This document shows positions 50,706 through 63,540 of a DNA stretch of 64,000 nt, piece by piece. Position numbers and translations under genes: made by a program. The stretch's first letter is position 1, and each line of letters begins with the position of its first letter. The notes beneath the pieces are model-generated. The model saw nothing but the letters and a program-made list of their open reading frames with translations. It was not told the origin of the DNA and made no database searches. Source of the DNA: Mobula hypostoma (taxonomy: Eukaryota); the NCBI RefSeq assembly GCF_963921235.1, contig NC_086118.1, positions 26,414,001 to 26,478,000 of the forward strand. The letters run 5' to 3'.

Positions 50706-51199
50706 CCAGTCTATCACGAAAACCAGACTCAACTTCATTAATTCTATCACTTCTACAAAGAAGCCCAAACATTTTCACTTCTCCCCCTTCCATTGGGCAG
50801 AAGATACAAACGCATAAAAACTTGTACCACAGGCTTATAGTCAGCTTCTATTTCACTCTTAAACGGAAATCTTGAGCAATACAGATCAACTCCCTTGTTA
50901 TGGCCGTTACACCTTATCTGCTTACCTGGAATTGTAAATATATGTTCTGCATTTTGGTACTATCTTTCCATTTGTACTAACTTCATGTACCTAATTTTTA
51001 ATGATCTGACTGGATAGCATGCAAAGCAAAGCTTTTTATTGTGAATCAGTACATGTGACAATAATAATCCAATTACCACATTTCCAATAAATTGCTATTC
51101 CAAATTCCTGTGCTGACTTCCAAATTAGCTGAAGTAGCTCAGTATTTTATCCAGGTAACCTCTTCCTTTTGAAATCAAACCCGACCATCTCTCTCCTTG

Positions 51200-52350
51200 T
51201 CAGTATCACTCAATCTCTATTCTCTATCTAAAGTCCCTAGTGGGTTGCATCCTGCTCACACAACAGCCATCTTTTCCAGAACTCTCTGCAAAAATCTATC
51301 CAATCAGATTCAGGAGAATTTAACTTCACAAATCACTTTCACTGTGACAATGACTGATGCAATTCTCCCTCCTCATCCTCTTGGCTTATCTGCACCTTTT
51401 GAAATGATTAACCATCATAGCACCTTGTAAGCACTCCACAGCATTGTCCTACTGTGTGGGATTCCAATGACCTGAAGTCTTTGTCATCTATCCAAAGTCA
51501 GAGATCTACATGCAATGGTTTCCCATCCCATTCCTTTAATCAAGATCTATCTTTGTCGCCCTTCTATTTCTCAGGCAACATTCTCTGAAAGTGCCAGATC
51601 TATCTCTCCACATGTCGTGACAACACCAGTCTTCATACCTCCTTGCAACTCCTCCATTAGCTCTAAGTCATCTTTACTTACTACAACTCCAGGTAAAAAA
51701 AAATTTCTCAACAAAATAAAAGGAATGCTGAACCGAAGCTTATTCAAACCTTCCACAAACTCTATTGTGTATTTCGTTCTATCCCTTCTTGAGATTTATA
51801 TCAGGCTGTTTCCAGATTTGATTCTAAAGAACTTTGGAGCACATAACACTAAAAATGGCAATTTACCCCCAGCTCAGTCTGTTTCTGCCGCAGCCACTCA
51901 CTGCTCAGTTCTTGATGCTTTGGCCGCCTTTAGACTTGACTATTCCACACACACCTGGAGGTCTACGTTCTTCACTCCAAATACTTGAGATCATCCAAAG
52001 CTCACATCTAATTCCACTCCAGCATCATCCTCGGGCTCATTAAAATGTAAAGGCTCCTAATTCTGCAGCAGCTCAATTTTACAATTCTACTCTCGTCTCA
52101 AATCCCTTCACCCTTCCTATCTCAATAATTTTCTCCAACTTCTAATCCTCCAAAATGTTTGCACTCCTCTCATTCTGGCATGTGGAGCATTCTCGGTTTT
52201 ATTTCTTACACCACTGATGCCTCTGCCTTCAGGTGCCTCCCTTAACCTCTCTGCCACTGCTCTCCTTTTCCTTCCTTGATCATGTTCCTTAAAGCCCAAC
52301 TCTCCAATCACCTGCCCTATCATTTCTTTACATGATTTCCATAAAGTACC
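51200..52350 (+). mobile_element. Ancient L2 LINE fragments
   Basis: LILLGLSAPFEMINH (LLDLSAAFDTIDH-like) near 51370-51415 and AFRLDYS (SRLDY-like) near 51930. Confidence 0.55.
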
Positions 52351-53096
52351 TTAGGACTTTTTAACAACAGTGAAAACACTTTACATATTGTCATGCAAAT
52401 TCATATCTCAGAATCTCAGATAACCATCCACTAACCTCAAGACCTCATTTACGTATACCATAATTAAATCCTTTCTCATTATGCGTCCCATTTTCTTGGA
52501 GGAAGAATTAATTTTCTTTTTGTTCTTTTCCTTAATTGTATTTTACTGAAAATTCATATTTCCCATTTTCTCTGGCGACCATTATAATTTTCTAATACTC
52601 CAATCTGAAATGTAGAGCAAAGTCCAGAGAATATTTGTCACAAAGGTCAGGAATCTTCACTTCTTTCTCCTTTTCCAATGTTTGCATTCATTTCATTATC
52701 ATGGTTAATTACTTCACATTTAGAACTAATTATTGTCAGCTCAACACAGTGTTCTTTTCCACTATCACTGTGGAAAGACTAATACCTCCTCCTTGCATCT
52801 AGAACTAGGGTTACCATCTCTGTTGACCCACTTTTTCTGGTCCCTATGAAACTGTTTCTGAATTAGCTCATTTTTTTGGTTGGGGGTGGGGGGAAATGAA
52901 TCCAAAGAAAATCAGAAAAAGTCTCATAGTCATCATTTGCAGCACAGAAATAACAATCTATCCTTACTATATTCCTTTATATTTAACTCTTGTAAGTTAT
53001 GCAGTACATGCATTAAATATTGGTGATTCCGATTGTTATAGGCATTGAAATTTGAATTCTTCGAGCACAGGTCAAGAAACTGCAGCAGCAAAGAGA

Positions 53097-53380
53097 TAGT
53101 GGGACAGCTGGTAGAGTCACCAGCTACAAAGCACGAGATCCAGATTCAATCCTGACCCCAAGTGCTATCTGTTCCCTTGACCATGTGGGTTTCCTCCGGC
53201 TTCTTCCCATGTCCCAGAGACATGACAGAGGGTCAATTAGTTGGCCATTCTAAATTGCCCAAGTGTATTGGTGAACGGTAGAATCTCAAGGGTGGGAGCT
53301 GATCAGAATTTGGTGAACGATGGCCAGCATGGACTAAATCAGCGAGGGGTCTGTTTCCATGCTGTGTCTCTCTATGGCTC
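53097..53380 (+). mobile_element. tRNA-derived V-SINE-like element
   Basis: cagctggtagag, gattcaatcctgacc, tgtgggtttcctccgg and a CR1-like tail ctgtttccatgctgt. Confidence 0.65.
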
Positions 53381-53385
53381 TAATG

Positions 53386-54138
53386 CAGGGGTCCCCAACC
53401 TTTCTTGCACCGCGGACTGGTTTAATATTGACAATATTCTTGCGGACCGGCCAACTGAAGGAGGGGTGGTGGTGTTCAAGTAGGGTTAAACTCACCTCAA
53501 CATGTCTTTTACAGTGAGGTTTGCCAATTTTCTCACTCCCAAATAAGGGACAAAAGTAGCAGTCAAATCCCAGGACACTTGCGTTACCCCAGGATAGACT
53601 ACCGTGACCATGAAGCCTTGCGCGGGCACCTGTGTGCGCATGTGCGTACATGCCGAATTTTTTCCACAAATCGGTTTTGGCTTAATCTTTCCGATTATAC
53701 TGTACATACATTATTTCTTCTTTATATAGGCTGTGTGTTTATCATATCATTCCTGCTTTTACTATATGTTACTGTTATTTTCGGTTTTATGTGTTATTTG
53801 GTATGATTTGGTAGGTTCTTTTGTGTCTGGGAACACTCAAAAATTTTTCCCATATAAATTAATGGTAATTGCTTCTTCGCTTTACGCCATTTTGGCACGA
53901 AAGGTTTCATAGGAACGCTCTAGCTTAGCGGGGGAAATACGGGACAAGGGCGGTCCCGTATGGGCCAAACCAATTTAGCCTGATATATGGGATGTCCTGG
54001 CAAATGTGGGACAGTTGGCAACCCTATGTTCAAGTTCAACAGTGCATGACGGGGAATGAGGAAAGGTGCAGCTGACTCATGTCGTTTCCTCGCGGCCCGG
54101 TAGCTCATGCTTTGCGGGCCGGTGGTTGGGGACCACTG
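53386..54138. mobile_element. Composite hAT (Charlie-like) MITE
   Basis: TIRs CAGGGGTCCCCAACC and GGTTGGGGACCACTG; perfect 8-bp TSD CTCTAATG at 53378-53385 and 54139-54146. Confidence 0.9.
53481..54026. mobile_element. Inner hAT (Tip100-like) MITE
   Basis: Ends TAGGGTT and AACCCTA; 8-bp TSD TGTTCAAG at 53473-53480 and 54027-54034; GGGACA subterminal repeats. Confidence 0.8.
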
Positions 54139-54254
54139 CTCTAATGTACTCAGCTTATTCCCATATGGCTGACAAAAATGTCTCAACCAGATTTAAAACT
54201 AACTGCTCAGCTACAAGCATTACTACTTACAGAAGAATTCCAAGATATTATCAC

Positions 54255-55149
54255 TGTTACATACCTCATGGATATTTTGTGACTGTCTTATGAGCATGAT
54301 GTAATTGAGTATCTTATGAGCATGAGATAATGGTCATGTGATGGTGGGGTGATGTAATTTTCCTGCCAGTGTGAGGTCACATGTGGACATGTTCACGACA
54401 GGTATAAAAGGGAGACCCCTGGTGTGACGCAGTTAGTTTCAGTTGAGTTGTTGCTTGCTACTCCGTTATGCTGCATATTCGTCTTATGGCGCAGTTTGTT
54501 TTTAAACCGGAGTTTTACTTTCTATTTTAAGGTAGAACCTTTGTGCCAGCAGTTACAACAATATCTGCCACGTTTTAGTTTTAGTTTTACATTTGCAGTT
54601 CAGTATCGGAGAGTGAAGACCTTTATAAAAGTACGAGACTCGAAGGATTGAGAAAAGTTGGTGTCAGGTTCGGCAGTTTCATAAAGGATCGACCTTATTG
54701 AGTCTTCAGTCAAGAAATAGTGGCCTGTATCTGAGATAACTCCTGCCAAAAGAGCAAGGAAATTCGTGCAGGGTTCGCTCGCCAGGAAAAGGTCAGTTCC
54801 TTTTAAGCCGTTTATTTCCTTCGTCGTGTACCCTTTGGACAGAACCAGCAGAAACATCGCGTCTATGAAGAAATCCTTCTCCAGAGAAGTCTCTCCTAAT
54901 TGACTGTATAAATCTCTTGGACTTTCGAATTTACCATTCTAAGAACTGTGTTCGAATTTACCACTTTAAGAACTGTCTTCACATTTACACTTTTAAGAAC
55001 TGTCCCAGAGTTGCCTTTTAGCAGTTAACTTCCGGTTAATTTAGTCGTTTAAATACATTTTGCTATTTTTGAGCAGAGTTTAATAAATGTTTGTTTGTTT
55101 TTATAAAACCTGACTCAATTCTATATTCATTGTTGCCGGTTACGTGACA
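54255..55149 (+). mobile_element. Solo LTR (Gypsy or ERV type)
   Basis: TGTTAC...GTGACA termini; 4-bp TSD TCAC at 54251-54254 and 55150-55153; TATAAAA at 54403-54409; AATAAA at 55082-55087. Confidence 0.85.
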
Positions 55150-55247
55150 TCACCCTTCGCAGCTAGGAGTGTTTACTACTTAAAGGTTTCATTTTTTTAG
55201 ACAAGGATTTCAGGCTGAGATATGCCAACTATCAGAAATAGTTTTTT

Positions 55248-55370
55248 TCAACCAACACACATCAAAGTTGCTGGTGAACTTAGAGATGCTGTCTGACCTG
55301 CTGCGTTCACCAGCAACTTTGATGTGTGTTGCTTGAATTTCCAGCATCTGCAGAATTCCTTGTGTTTGCA
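55248..55370. mobile_element. Miniature PLE terminal-repeat insertion with inverted arm
   Basis: 14-bp flanking direct repeat AGAAATAGTTTTTT (55234-55247, 55371-55384) and a perfect 27-bp inverted repeat (55253-55279, 55305-55331). Confidence 0.85.
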
Positions 55371-55544
55371 AGAAATAGTTTTTTGCTACCTAAGATACTG
55401 GCTTCCCTCAATTACTCCTTTTCAATTGGCTGCTGAAGTCGGTATTTCATTCAGATAAATCTATCCCTCAAAAGTTATCAGTACAGCTTTGGAAGGAATT
55501 GTTGAGACCTGCTTAGAGTGCACAGATGTGGTCAAACAAAACTT

Positions 55545-56665
55545 TCTTTCTTTCTTTTTTTTTTATTAATTTTTTTTATACATTTCTACAGTGAAACTAC
55601 AAAGAACCCAGCAACAAAATGGAAATTTATACAGTGCAAAACAAACAAATCCAATATATAGTTCATAACAGTAAGAAAAAAAAAGCATCCAAAAGAGAAT
55701 TATGTAAAATTAATATCCACCCCAACCTCCCACTGAAAAAAGAAAAACCCAGGCCAACCACTTTACATATATTAAAAAAAAATCAATCAGAACATTCAAC
55801 TCCCGAGAACTGTAAATATATATAAAAATAACATAATGCCGACTAGCAAAAGCATAGTATAATTCATAACAAAAAACTGTATAACTTTCAAGAAAAAAAG
55901 CACTGAAAGGGATTGTAGCATGCTGAAAAAAATGAATAAACTTACCCTAAAGAAGCATTGTGAAAATATTCAAGAAAATGTCCCCACACTTTATGAAACT
56001 TTATGTCCAAATTAAGAAGTGAATAATTAATCTTTTCGAGGTCTAAGCAGGCCATAATATCATTAAGCCATTGAGCATGAGTGGGTGGGGCAGCATCTTT
56101 CCACCTAAGAACCAAACGTCTAGCCAAAAGAGAGGCAAAAGATAATGTTCGGCATTTAGTTGTACTCAAGTGCATATCTATTTCACCCAAGGTGCCAAAA
56201 AGAGCAGCCAGAGGGTTAGGTTCTAAATGACAGTTAAGAATATGAGACAGGGTTAAAAAAACTTCTCTCCAAAATTTCTCAAGACTAGGACTGGTCCAAT
56301 ACATATGAATAAGAGAAGCCTCAGCCCCTTTACACTTATCACAAACAGGACTAATGTCAGGATAAAACCGCGATAATTTAGTTTTAGACATATGAACCCT
56401 GTGTACAACCTTAAACTGCAAAAGGCAATGGCGAGCACATAGAGAGGTTGAGTTAACTCACTTAAGAATTAAATCCCACACCGCATCGGATAAAGAGATA
56501 ATTAGATCTTGTTCCCAGGCAGTTCTAACTTTATCGAAAGAAGCACGCCTCAAAATCACTAACTTACCCTGCATAGTAGATATTAAACCTTTACCCAGTG
56601 GGTTGGTACATAAAGACAAATCCAGAACATTTCTCTCAGGCATCTCAGGGAAGTTTGATATCGCA
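55545..56665 (-). mobile_element. L1-clade LINE ORF2 C-terminal fragment
   Basis: QFKVVHRVH..CDKC....SLIHMYWTS..FW (CCHC knuckle with last Cys replaced by Ser); poly(A) tail appears as a T-run at about 55545-55565. Confidence 0.85.
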
Positions 56666-57419
56666 GACTTTCTACAGCTATAGCAGAACTTCTTGTACTC
56701 TACTACTCTGTACATAAAATATTCTTCTAGGCTTGCTGTACATTTGCTGAATTTGCCCATGAAAATGTAATGAAATATCTACATAGACTAACACCCCCCA
56801 CCCCAAAAAGTAAGAAAATAATAAGAAGGCAAGCCAATATTTGGATAAGAAATCTTATTTATTTAAATTATAACTCCAAGACATTCCCTATATCCTTATC
56901 AATGTCTTCTCGGGCAACAACACAAAATAGGCCACCATGCTAAATGAGCTACTAAAAAACATATTCAGATCGATAGTAAATAGAAAAGAGATCTGTCTAC
57001 ATGCGCATGAACAGTGATGTCTTGAGGCTAAACCAATCTGGCGTCTCTTCCAATGGAAATATTGAATTAATCCAGGTAGGTAAATTAATCTTTTCATCAG
57101 AGAATATAATCTCTAAAAATGCAATTCTGTTGCAGCTCCTTTAGGAGCATAATAATACTTGGGATCTTAAATCAAAGGAGTTAAGCATTCCCGCAGCTGA
57201 AACCTCTTTCCATTGATTACATTAAGGTAGAAATCTAAAGCAAGTCAGCAAGGAAAGCTGATTGAAAGGATCTTTACTAGAGCACTGATCTGCTGTTGTC
57301 TTTATCTGCCTACCTATTTTTAATGCATCAAACAACTAACATACCAGTGCCAGGATTCAAAGTGCTAATCGCAGCTTTACAGAGCACAATTACATGTTGC
57401 TGCCATCTGTCAAAAGTAC

Positions 57420-57812
57420 TGAAGCATTCGGGCTCTCACGACCAGACCGTGCAACAGTTTCTTCTCCCAAGCCATCAGACTCCTCAACACTCACAAGAGT
57501 CTAGACTGACATCTACATCATTTATTATTATATTGCATTTTGTCCTCTACTGTGCCTATTGTCTTGTTAATTATTGTACTGCCCTGCACTGTTTAGTGCA
57601 CTTTATGTAGTCCTGTGCAGGTCTGTAGTCTAGTGCAGTTTTTGTTTGTTTTACGTAGTCCAGTGTAGCCTTGTGCTGTCTCACATAGTCTAGTGTAGTT
57701 TTGTGTTGTTTCATGTAGCACCAGGGTCCTGGAGGAACGTTGTTTCGTTTTTACTGTGTACTGTACCAGCAGCTTATGGTCGAAATGACAATAAACTTGA
57801 CTTGACTTGACT
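57420..57812 (+). mobile_element. Rex1/Babar 3' end
   Basis: TTRPCNSFFSQAIRLLN, GTAGTCTAGTGTAG repeats, AATAAA and (ACTTG)n tail. Confidence 0.8.
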
Positions 57813-59394
57813 GCCTCTGTACAGCAATGAGCTCGTGCCTTACCGTGGGGTTGGGGTCAATCATGGAAGGGGACTCGAGTATGTTAACGTGATGGAAGTG
57901 GGTAGAAGTTGCTGGTGGCCATAAAAAATAAGTTGTGCTCCCTCTCATCAAGTTGTCCCTTATTTCCTTTTATGTTGCTATACTGTGGCAGTCATGGAGA
58001 GAGATAATATTTTAAGGCAAAGACCTGTTTCCCTTAAAGTTGGTGGCAAAGATGTATCAACTGTGTTCATTGCATGCAGTAGTTGATGGAAGGTGTGCTT
58101 AGGATGTACAGAATGCTAACATAACAAACCATCTTAACATTTTTTTAAACTGAAATTTTTCTTAATTTCACTTTTTTTTATATATAAGTGGTCCCTGAAC
58201 TGTGTGTTAGGATGAAATGCAGCAAAAGAGGGTGAATCCTAATTTGTAAGTACTTGTGTTTCATGCATCTCTAAGGAACCCCTTGAGCTGGTGCACTTGC
58301 TGCAAATTAGTCTAATTATGAAAACACAAGACTGGAAAGGTATCCTCCAAAATAAGCCATAAAGTAGCTCTGTCCAGTCCAATCCAGTTTAAACAATCCA
58401 ATTCTACTGTAAACAATAGGTCTAGATTTCAAAAGACAGGGAAATTCCAATAATTTGCCATTCCATTGTTTGGAAATCTTGATGGCTCAGTACTGAGCTC
58501 ACTCATTAGACCAAAATGTGAGCTGGAGATCTGGTACACTGTATGGCCAGGGTCCAGAATGTATGTGATATGAGTCTGGCTTGGGGTCCAGAGCACCAGT
58601 ATCAGGAACTTGGGTCAGTTTGTCACAGGGTGCCAGGGTCTGGAGTGCTTGGCGAATTCCCACCTTCTTTAAACTGAACAAGTCTAAGTGTACTATATTA
58701 CTACATAGTATGTGGGGAGAAAGGTGCTTGTTATTGCAGGCTGATGGGGGCAGGCAGTTTGCTATGGACTAGATGGGCCAAAGGGCTTGTTTCTTTGCTG
58801 TATTTTTTGTATGACTATGAATCTAATAGGCATAACTTCCAACAGCCCAGTTGTGGAACAAAGTAAGTAAGCAGAATGACAAATTATCAGAGTTTCACAT
58901 TATGTTTGAACTGGAGAAGAACAATTCTTAACACTTTTCCGAAGGTCAAAGTGCCCAGCACTAAATTCAATTCTGAAACTTCAGTGTGAATTTCTGCTGC
59001 GGTAATACTGTTTATTTTTCGGGGTAAATTTCCCATACTGAACAATGTCAAAGACTCTGTAGTGATATTTTCAAATTTCACAGGTATGAAATATGATCGT
59101 TATTAATTACTCAAAGATTACTCTTTGTCCTCCCTGAGACTTTAAATGGTGCCTCAGATGTTTGAACTGATTTGCCAGTGAAGATCAAGGCAATCTTCCC
59201 ATCCTCAGGATCATTCCATGACGAATGCCACACCACACAGTTTGTTGTTCACTGCTGCATGAAGGGAATCCCACAAACTCCAGCATCAAGGAATGAAGGC
59301 TTCACCTACTTTACCTTCAGCTCACAGAAGGAAGCCAAATTACTGGCATTGAATATTTCCCCAAAACGTAAGCATTCAGAGACCATCCTCATGA

Positions 59395-59835
59395 CTGCAA
59401 TTGAACACACATACGTGGAGCACTGCCACAAGAAAGCAGCATCCATCATCCAGGCCATGCTCTCTTCTCACTACTACAATTGGGCAGGAGCCCAGATCCC
59501 ACAACATCAAGTTCAGGAACAGTTATTACTCCATAACCATCAGGCTCCTGAAGCAGTGTGGATAACTTCACTCGTTACAACTCTGAACTGATTCCACAAC
59601 CTACACCTCTCTTTCAAGGACTCTACAACATATGTTCTCGGTATTATTAATACATGTATTCTTATATTTTCAAGATTTCTCTTCTTTTGCATATTGACAG
59701 TGTCAGTCTTTATGTATGTTTTTGTAAATTCTATTGTAGTTCTATATTTTTCTGTAAATGTCTGCAAGAACATGAACTTCAAGGTATGTATGGTAACCTA
59801 TACAGTACATACTTTGATGATAAATTTACTTTGAC
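59395..59835 (+). mobile_element. Rex1/Babar 3' end remnant
   Basis: HCHKKAASII..KFRNSYYSITIRLL followed by a 3' UTR. Confidence 0.65.
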
Positions 59836-60569
59836 TTTACCAACAACTTCCTTTCAGAAGAACCTGCCTGCAGTCCTGGAAGACATCTGTGGCCCTCTTG
59901 CATAAAGGACATGCAATCGTCTTCACCAACCTGTCCACTTCTCTCTGGCCCCTGGGCGCACTCTCTTTCCCTCTCTGTAGTCACATTGCTCCCTAACAGC
60001 ACGAAGAATGTTGATTGCACTTGGGCATGACCCTTTAAAACTCAGCTTCAGAACTTGCATTTGCTGGGCTAAATTCTGGTATAAGTGCAAAAACTTGTGT
60101 CAAGATACAATGCCACGCTGAAAGAGATGGTGTCAGTTTCAGTGTGACAACATAACAGGAAACCTAACAGAGCAGTTCTGTGAACCTTAGAAGCAAAGTT
60201 CTCAGTCTTCCAAAAAACAATACTAGCATGAGCAGAAATGATGTTTTAATCTCACTAAAAAGCAATAATGCAATTTCTAGCCCGGTGAGTTTAGTGCTTC
60301 TAACTGGAGGTGAATTTCGAGGCAAGAATGTCTTACTTTCCTTAATTACTCCCATATTGCCTGGCAGTTCCGTGCTTCTTAACCCTGCGCTAATGGCTCA
60401 AAATACACGGCACTGAATTGATTGAACCTATATTTTATTTAAGCATCACATTCAGGAAACAGGTACTGTAATATGAATGTAACAGCATTACCGACCTTGA
60501 GACTAATAACTGCAATGCAGTAGTACGAGATAGAAAAATCAATTATAAATGCTGGCATTTGCTTTAGAA

Positions 60570-60641
60570 CAGTACTGTGCAGAAGTCGTAGGCACACATA
60601 TGTACTATAGCTATGGTACCTAATACTTTTGCACAGTACTG
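60570..60641. mobile_element. 72-bp palindromic Tc1-type mini-MITE
   Basis: CAGTACTGTGCAGAAGT..TAGG and CCTA..ACTTTTGCACAGTACTG, followed by TA. Confidence 0.65.
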
Positions 60642-61029
60642 TATTTGTCAGCTTGGAGCGGAGAGCGAGTTTGTAAATCTGGTAGGAGCAAAGGATGCTG
60701 GGAATGCTGAGGGTGGAGAGCTGCAGGAGAGGCGTTGGACAGATGGCAGAGAATGAGTGCCAGGGGCGGGTTGAGGCGTGGGTGCAGACACTCCTAGCCC
60801 TGAGAAACCAGGCAAGCTCATTTGATTCCAAACAACTGATTTATTGATCATTACAGAATGTCTCTCTCTCACATGCTTCATGCTTCCTTCCCTATCCCTT
60901 CCCCTCTCCCTGCCCCTTTCCCCACTCTTAGTCCACAATGGAGTTCCATATGAGAATCAGGTTTATCATCACTCACATATGTCATGAAATTTGTTTATTT
61001 TTTTGTGGCAGCAGGACAGTGCAATACAT

Positions 61030-61535
61030 AGAATGCTCTGCTCTGTCTGCAGGGACTATCCTGCACTCCCAGTTGTATGTCAGTTCAACTCCTCGCCTCA
61101 TTGCCACACCAACCTTTCTGTGCCCTGCCTCCTCCATTCCCAGGGTAAGGCCCAAAACCTTCTATCCTCCAGCATTTTATGTGTATTACCTTACATTCTA
61201 ACTGGGTAGACATCAACCCAAATGTATGAATGGTATATTTTCCATTTTCTGATAACACACATCCCATCTGTTCCATTCTCTCTTCTGATTCACTCTAATC
61301 CTCTCACACACCTCCTCCTTTCGAAACACCATTCTCCTCAGCCCATCTATTCTGCCTATCACCTCCCACACCAATCTTGCTTCTTTCATCTGATTACATT
61401 TACCACCTTCCATTCTTACCAGGTTCCATTTTCTGCAGCCCTTTGCTGTCTCACCACTCCCCCCAGTCTTCTGTCGCTATCTCCACCACCCCCTCCCCCA
61501 GCTGGCTTCACCTGTCCATCAGTCCCACTCTACAG
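61030..61535 (+). mobile_element. Old PLE endonuclease C-terminus and 3' region
   Basis: LCSVCRDYPALPVVCQFNSSPHCHTNLSV aligns by eye with LRSVRQRKQDLPVATHFNSTSHSHSDMSI; LGRHQPKCMN aligns with MGSLQPDGMN. Confidence 0.7.
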
Positions 61536-61539
61536 CTCC

Positions 61540-61930
61540 ATAGAAGTTTATCAAAAAATTTTGGTTACATGCCAAACCTACGCAAAATTCTAAGAAAGTA
61601 CAGGCAGTTTGTGATGGTCCCAGCACAAATCTCTGATTTGAATCTACTGACCCTCTTCCCACCTCCATTCCCCTATTGAAGACTGGCTCATGGACCTCCG
61701 ACTTCCTCATCCTGTCATCGATAATCAGCTCTTCATATTTGCTGACGTTGATAGAGGGGTGATTGTCGTGTCATCACTCAACCAGATTTTCAATCTCCCT
61801 CCTAAATGCAGATTTGTCACCACCTTTGATTCAACCAAGAACGGTAGCGTGTGAGCAGAGCAGGGGACTACGTACACAGCCCTGTGCTGCACCTGCACCG
61901 ATGGTGAAAAGGAGGAGATCTGCCAAGCTG
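61540..61930 (-). mobile_element. Rex1/Babar RT fragment
   Basis: Similar to 20380-20880 (tttgctgacgttg, accagattttcaatctccctcct). Confidence 0.7.
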
Positions 61931-62408
61931 TATTAACTGAAGTCTGCTAGTGAGTCTGCTAGTTTGCAATTGACATTAATGAATGAGTACATGCCCTTGT
62001 GAAAATTTTCATTGCAATTATAAAGAAAATCAGGAATTTATTCAGTGTACTGACCAAACCATTAAAGCAAATTAACTAGAGTTTTATCTCAAAAGCACCA
62101 TTGTGCACAAATGCACAGCCATCTCTGCTAGTACATGTGTGAGTTAACCAATGTCAATCACCTTGGACATTCCAGGAATCTAAAAGACACTAAAGAAATT
62201 AAAAGCTCTTTATATTCTGGATATTAGGAAGATCTAGTGGCTCGATCAAAAATGAAAATTTCAAATTGCATATAAACATGTCAATACTGCTTCCTCATTA
62301 TCCACCGATTTCCTATCAGCAGATCTGCACCTTGTGAGGTTGGTGATGTCAAAGAAACATACCTATACACACGCACACATTAAGGGACAATAATTGTCTC
62401 TATATACC

Positions 62409-62968
62409 CAGTGGCCACTTACCAGTTACAAGCGGTAACTAATACAGTGAGCACTGAGAGTATTCTGGATGTTCATGGTCTTCTGCAGCTGTAGACTATC
62501 CACATCAAGGTTCAACATGTTATGCACTCAAGAATGCATAGCACTGTTGTAACACATGGTTATTCGAGCTGTTGTTGCCTTCCTGTCAGCTTGAACCAGT
62601 CTGGCTGTTCTCCGCTGACCTCTCTCATTAACAAGGCGTTTTTGCACAGAACTGCTGCTCAATGGATGTTTTTTCCTTTGTTTTTGCACCATTCTCTGTA
62701 AACTCTGGAGACGTTGTATGCGAAAATCCCAGGAGATCAGCAGTTTTTCAGATACTCAAATCACCTTGTCTGACACCAACAATCACTCCACTGTCAAAGT
62801 CACTTAGATCACATTTCTTCCCCATTCTGATGTTTGGCCTGAACAACAAATGAACCTCTTGAAAATGACTGCATGTTTTTATGCATTGAGTGGCTGCCAT
62901 ATGGTCGGCTGATTGGATATGTGCATTAGCGAGCAGGTGCATAGGTGTGCCTAATAAAGCAGCCACTG
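62409..62968 (-). mobile_element. Non-autonomous Tc1-like element
   Basis: Ends CAGTGGCCACTT and AATAAAGCAGCCACTG; minus strand MGKKCDLSDFDSGVIVGVRQ; sister of 36202-36728. Confidence 0.8.
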
Positions 62969-63540
62969 ACTGGAAATTGTGGTCAGTTTTCAGACTGTCA
63001 AAGGTTTCTTTGCTTGTTTGAAGCAGCCTTTCCTTAATCAGATTCGCCGTGCGATTTCAAAACCTCAATGGTTTGCATCAACACATTCAATGGAAGTAAC
63101 ATCACTAATATTCTTTCCTTTTATATATTTAAACATTTTAGTGTTTAATAATGCATTTTAATTCTCAGTGAATATTATAATGTTTATTTAGTGGTTATAT
63201 TGGGTATAAAGGTGGTATCTGCTTTATGTATATCAAAAATTTAAAGCATACAAAATTGGTAAGGTACAGCATCAGGCTGATGCACACTAAGAAATTCCCC
63301 TTTGCTAGATAAACATAGGACAATGCCAGCTACTTCAGTAATAATGAATGCAAAATTTCTCTTCTATATAAGCAAGCACAGCATCGTTTTCCCTATAAGC
63401 AGACAATAAGAACATGAGGCCATTACCAGATATAAAAAACTAAAACAAAACTATATAGATTTTGTCCTTCTCATCTAAAACAGACTAAAAATAGTCACAG
63501 TAAAAAGTAACTGCATTATAAATAGTGTCAGTAAATGTAC

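Larger units (their letters stand above)
1..63540 (-). other. Probable large intron of the USP43-like gene, downstream of the exon
   Basis: GT donor at 63540-63539. I recognised no further USP43 exon by eye in the rest of the window, but a short exon could have been missed. Confidence 0.55.

Noticed and set aside
57835..57930. Donor-like CACG|GTAAGG on the minus strand as an alternative exon
   Set aside because: There is a stop in the phase needed to join the next exon, no clear acceptor and no recognisable protein.
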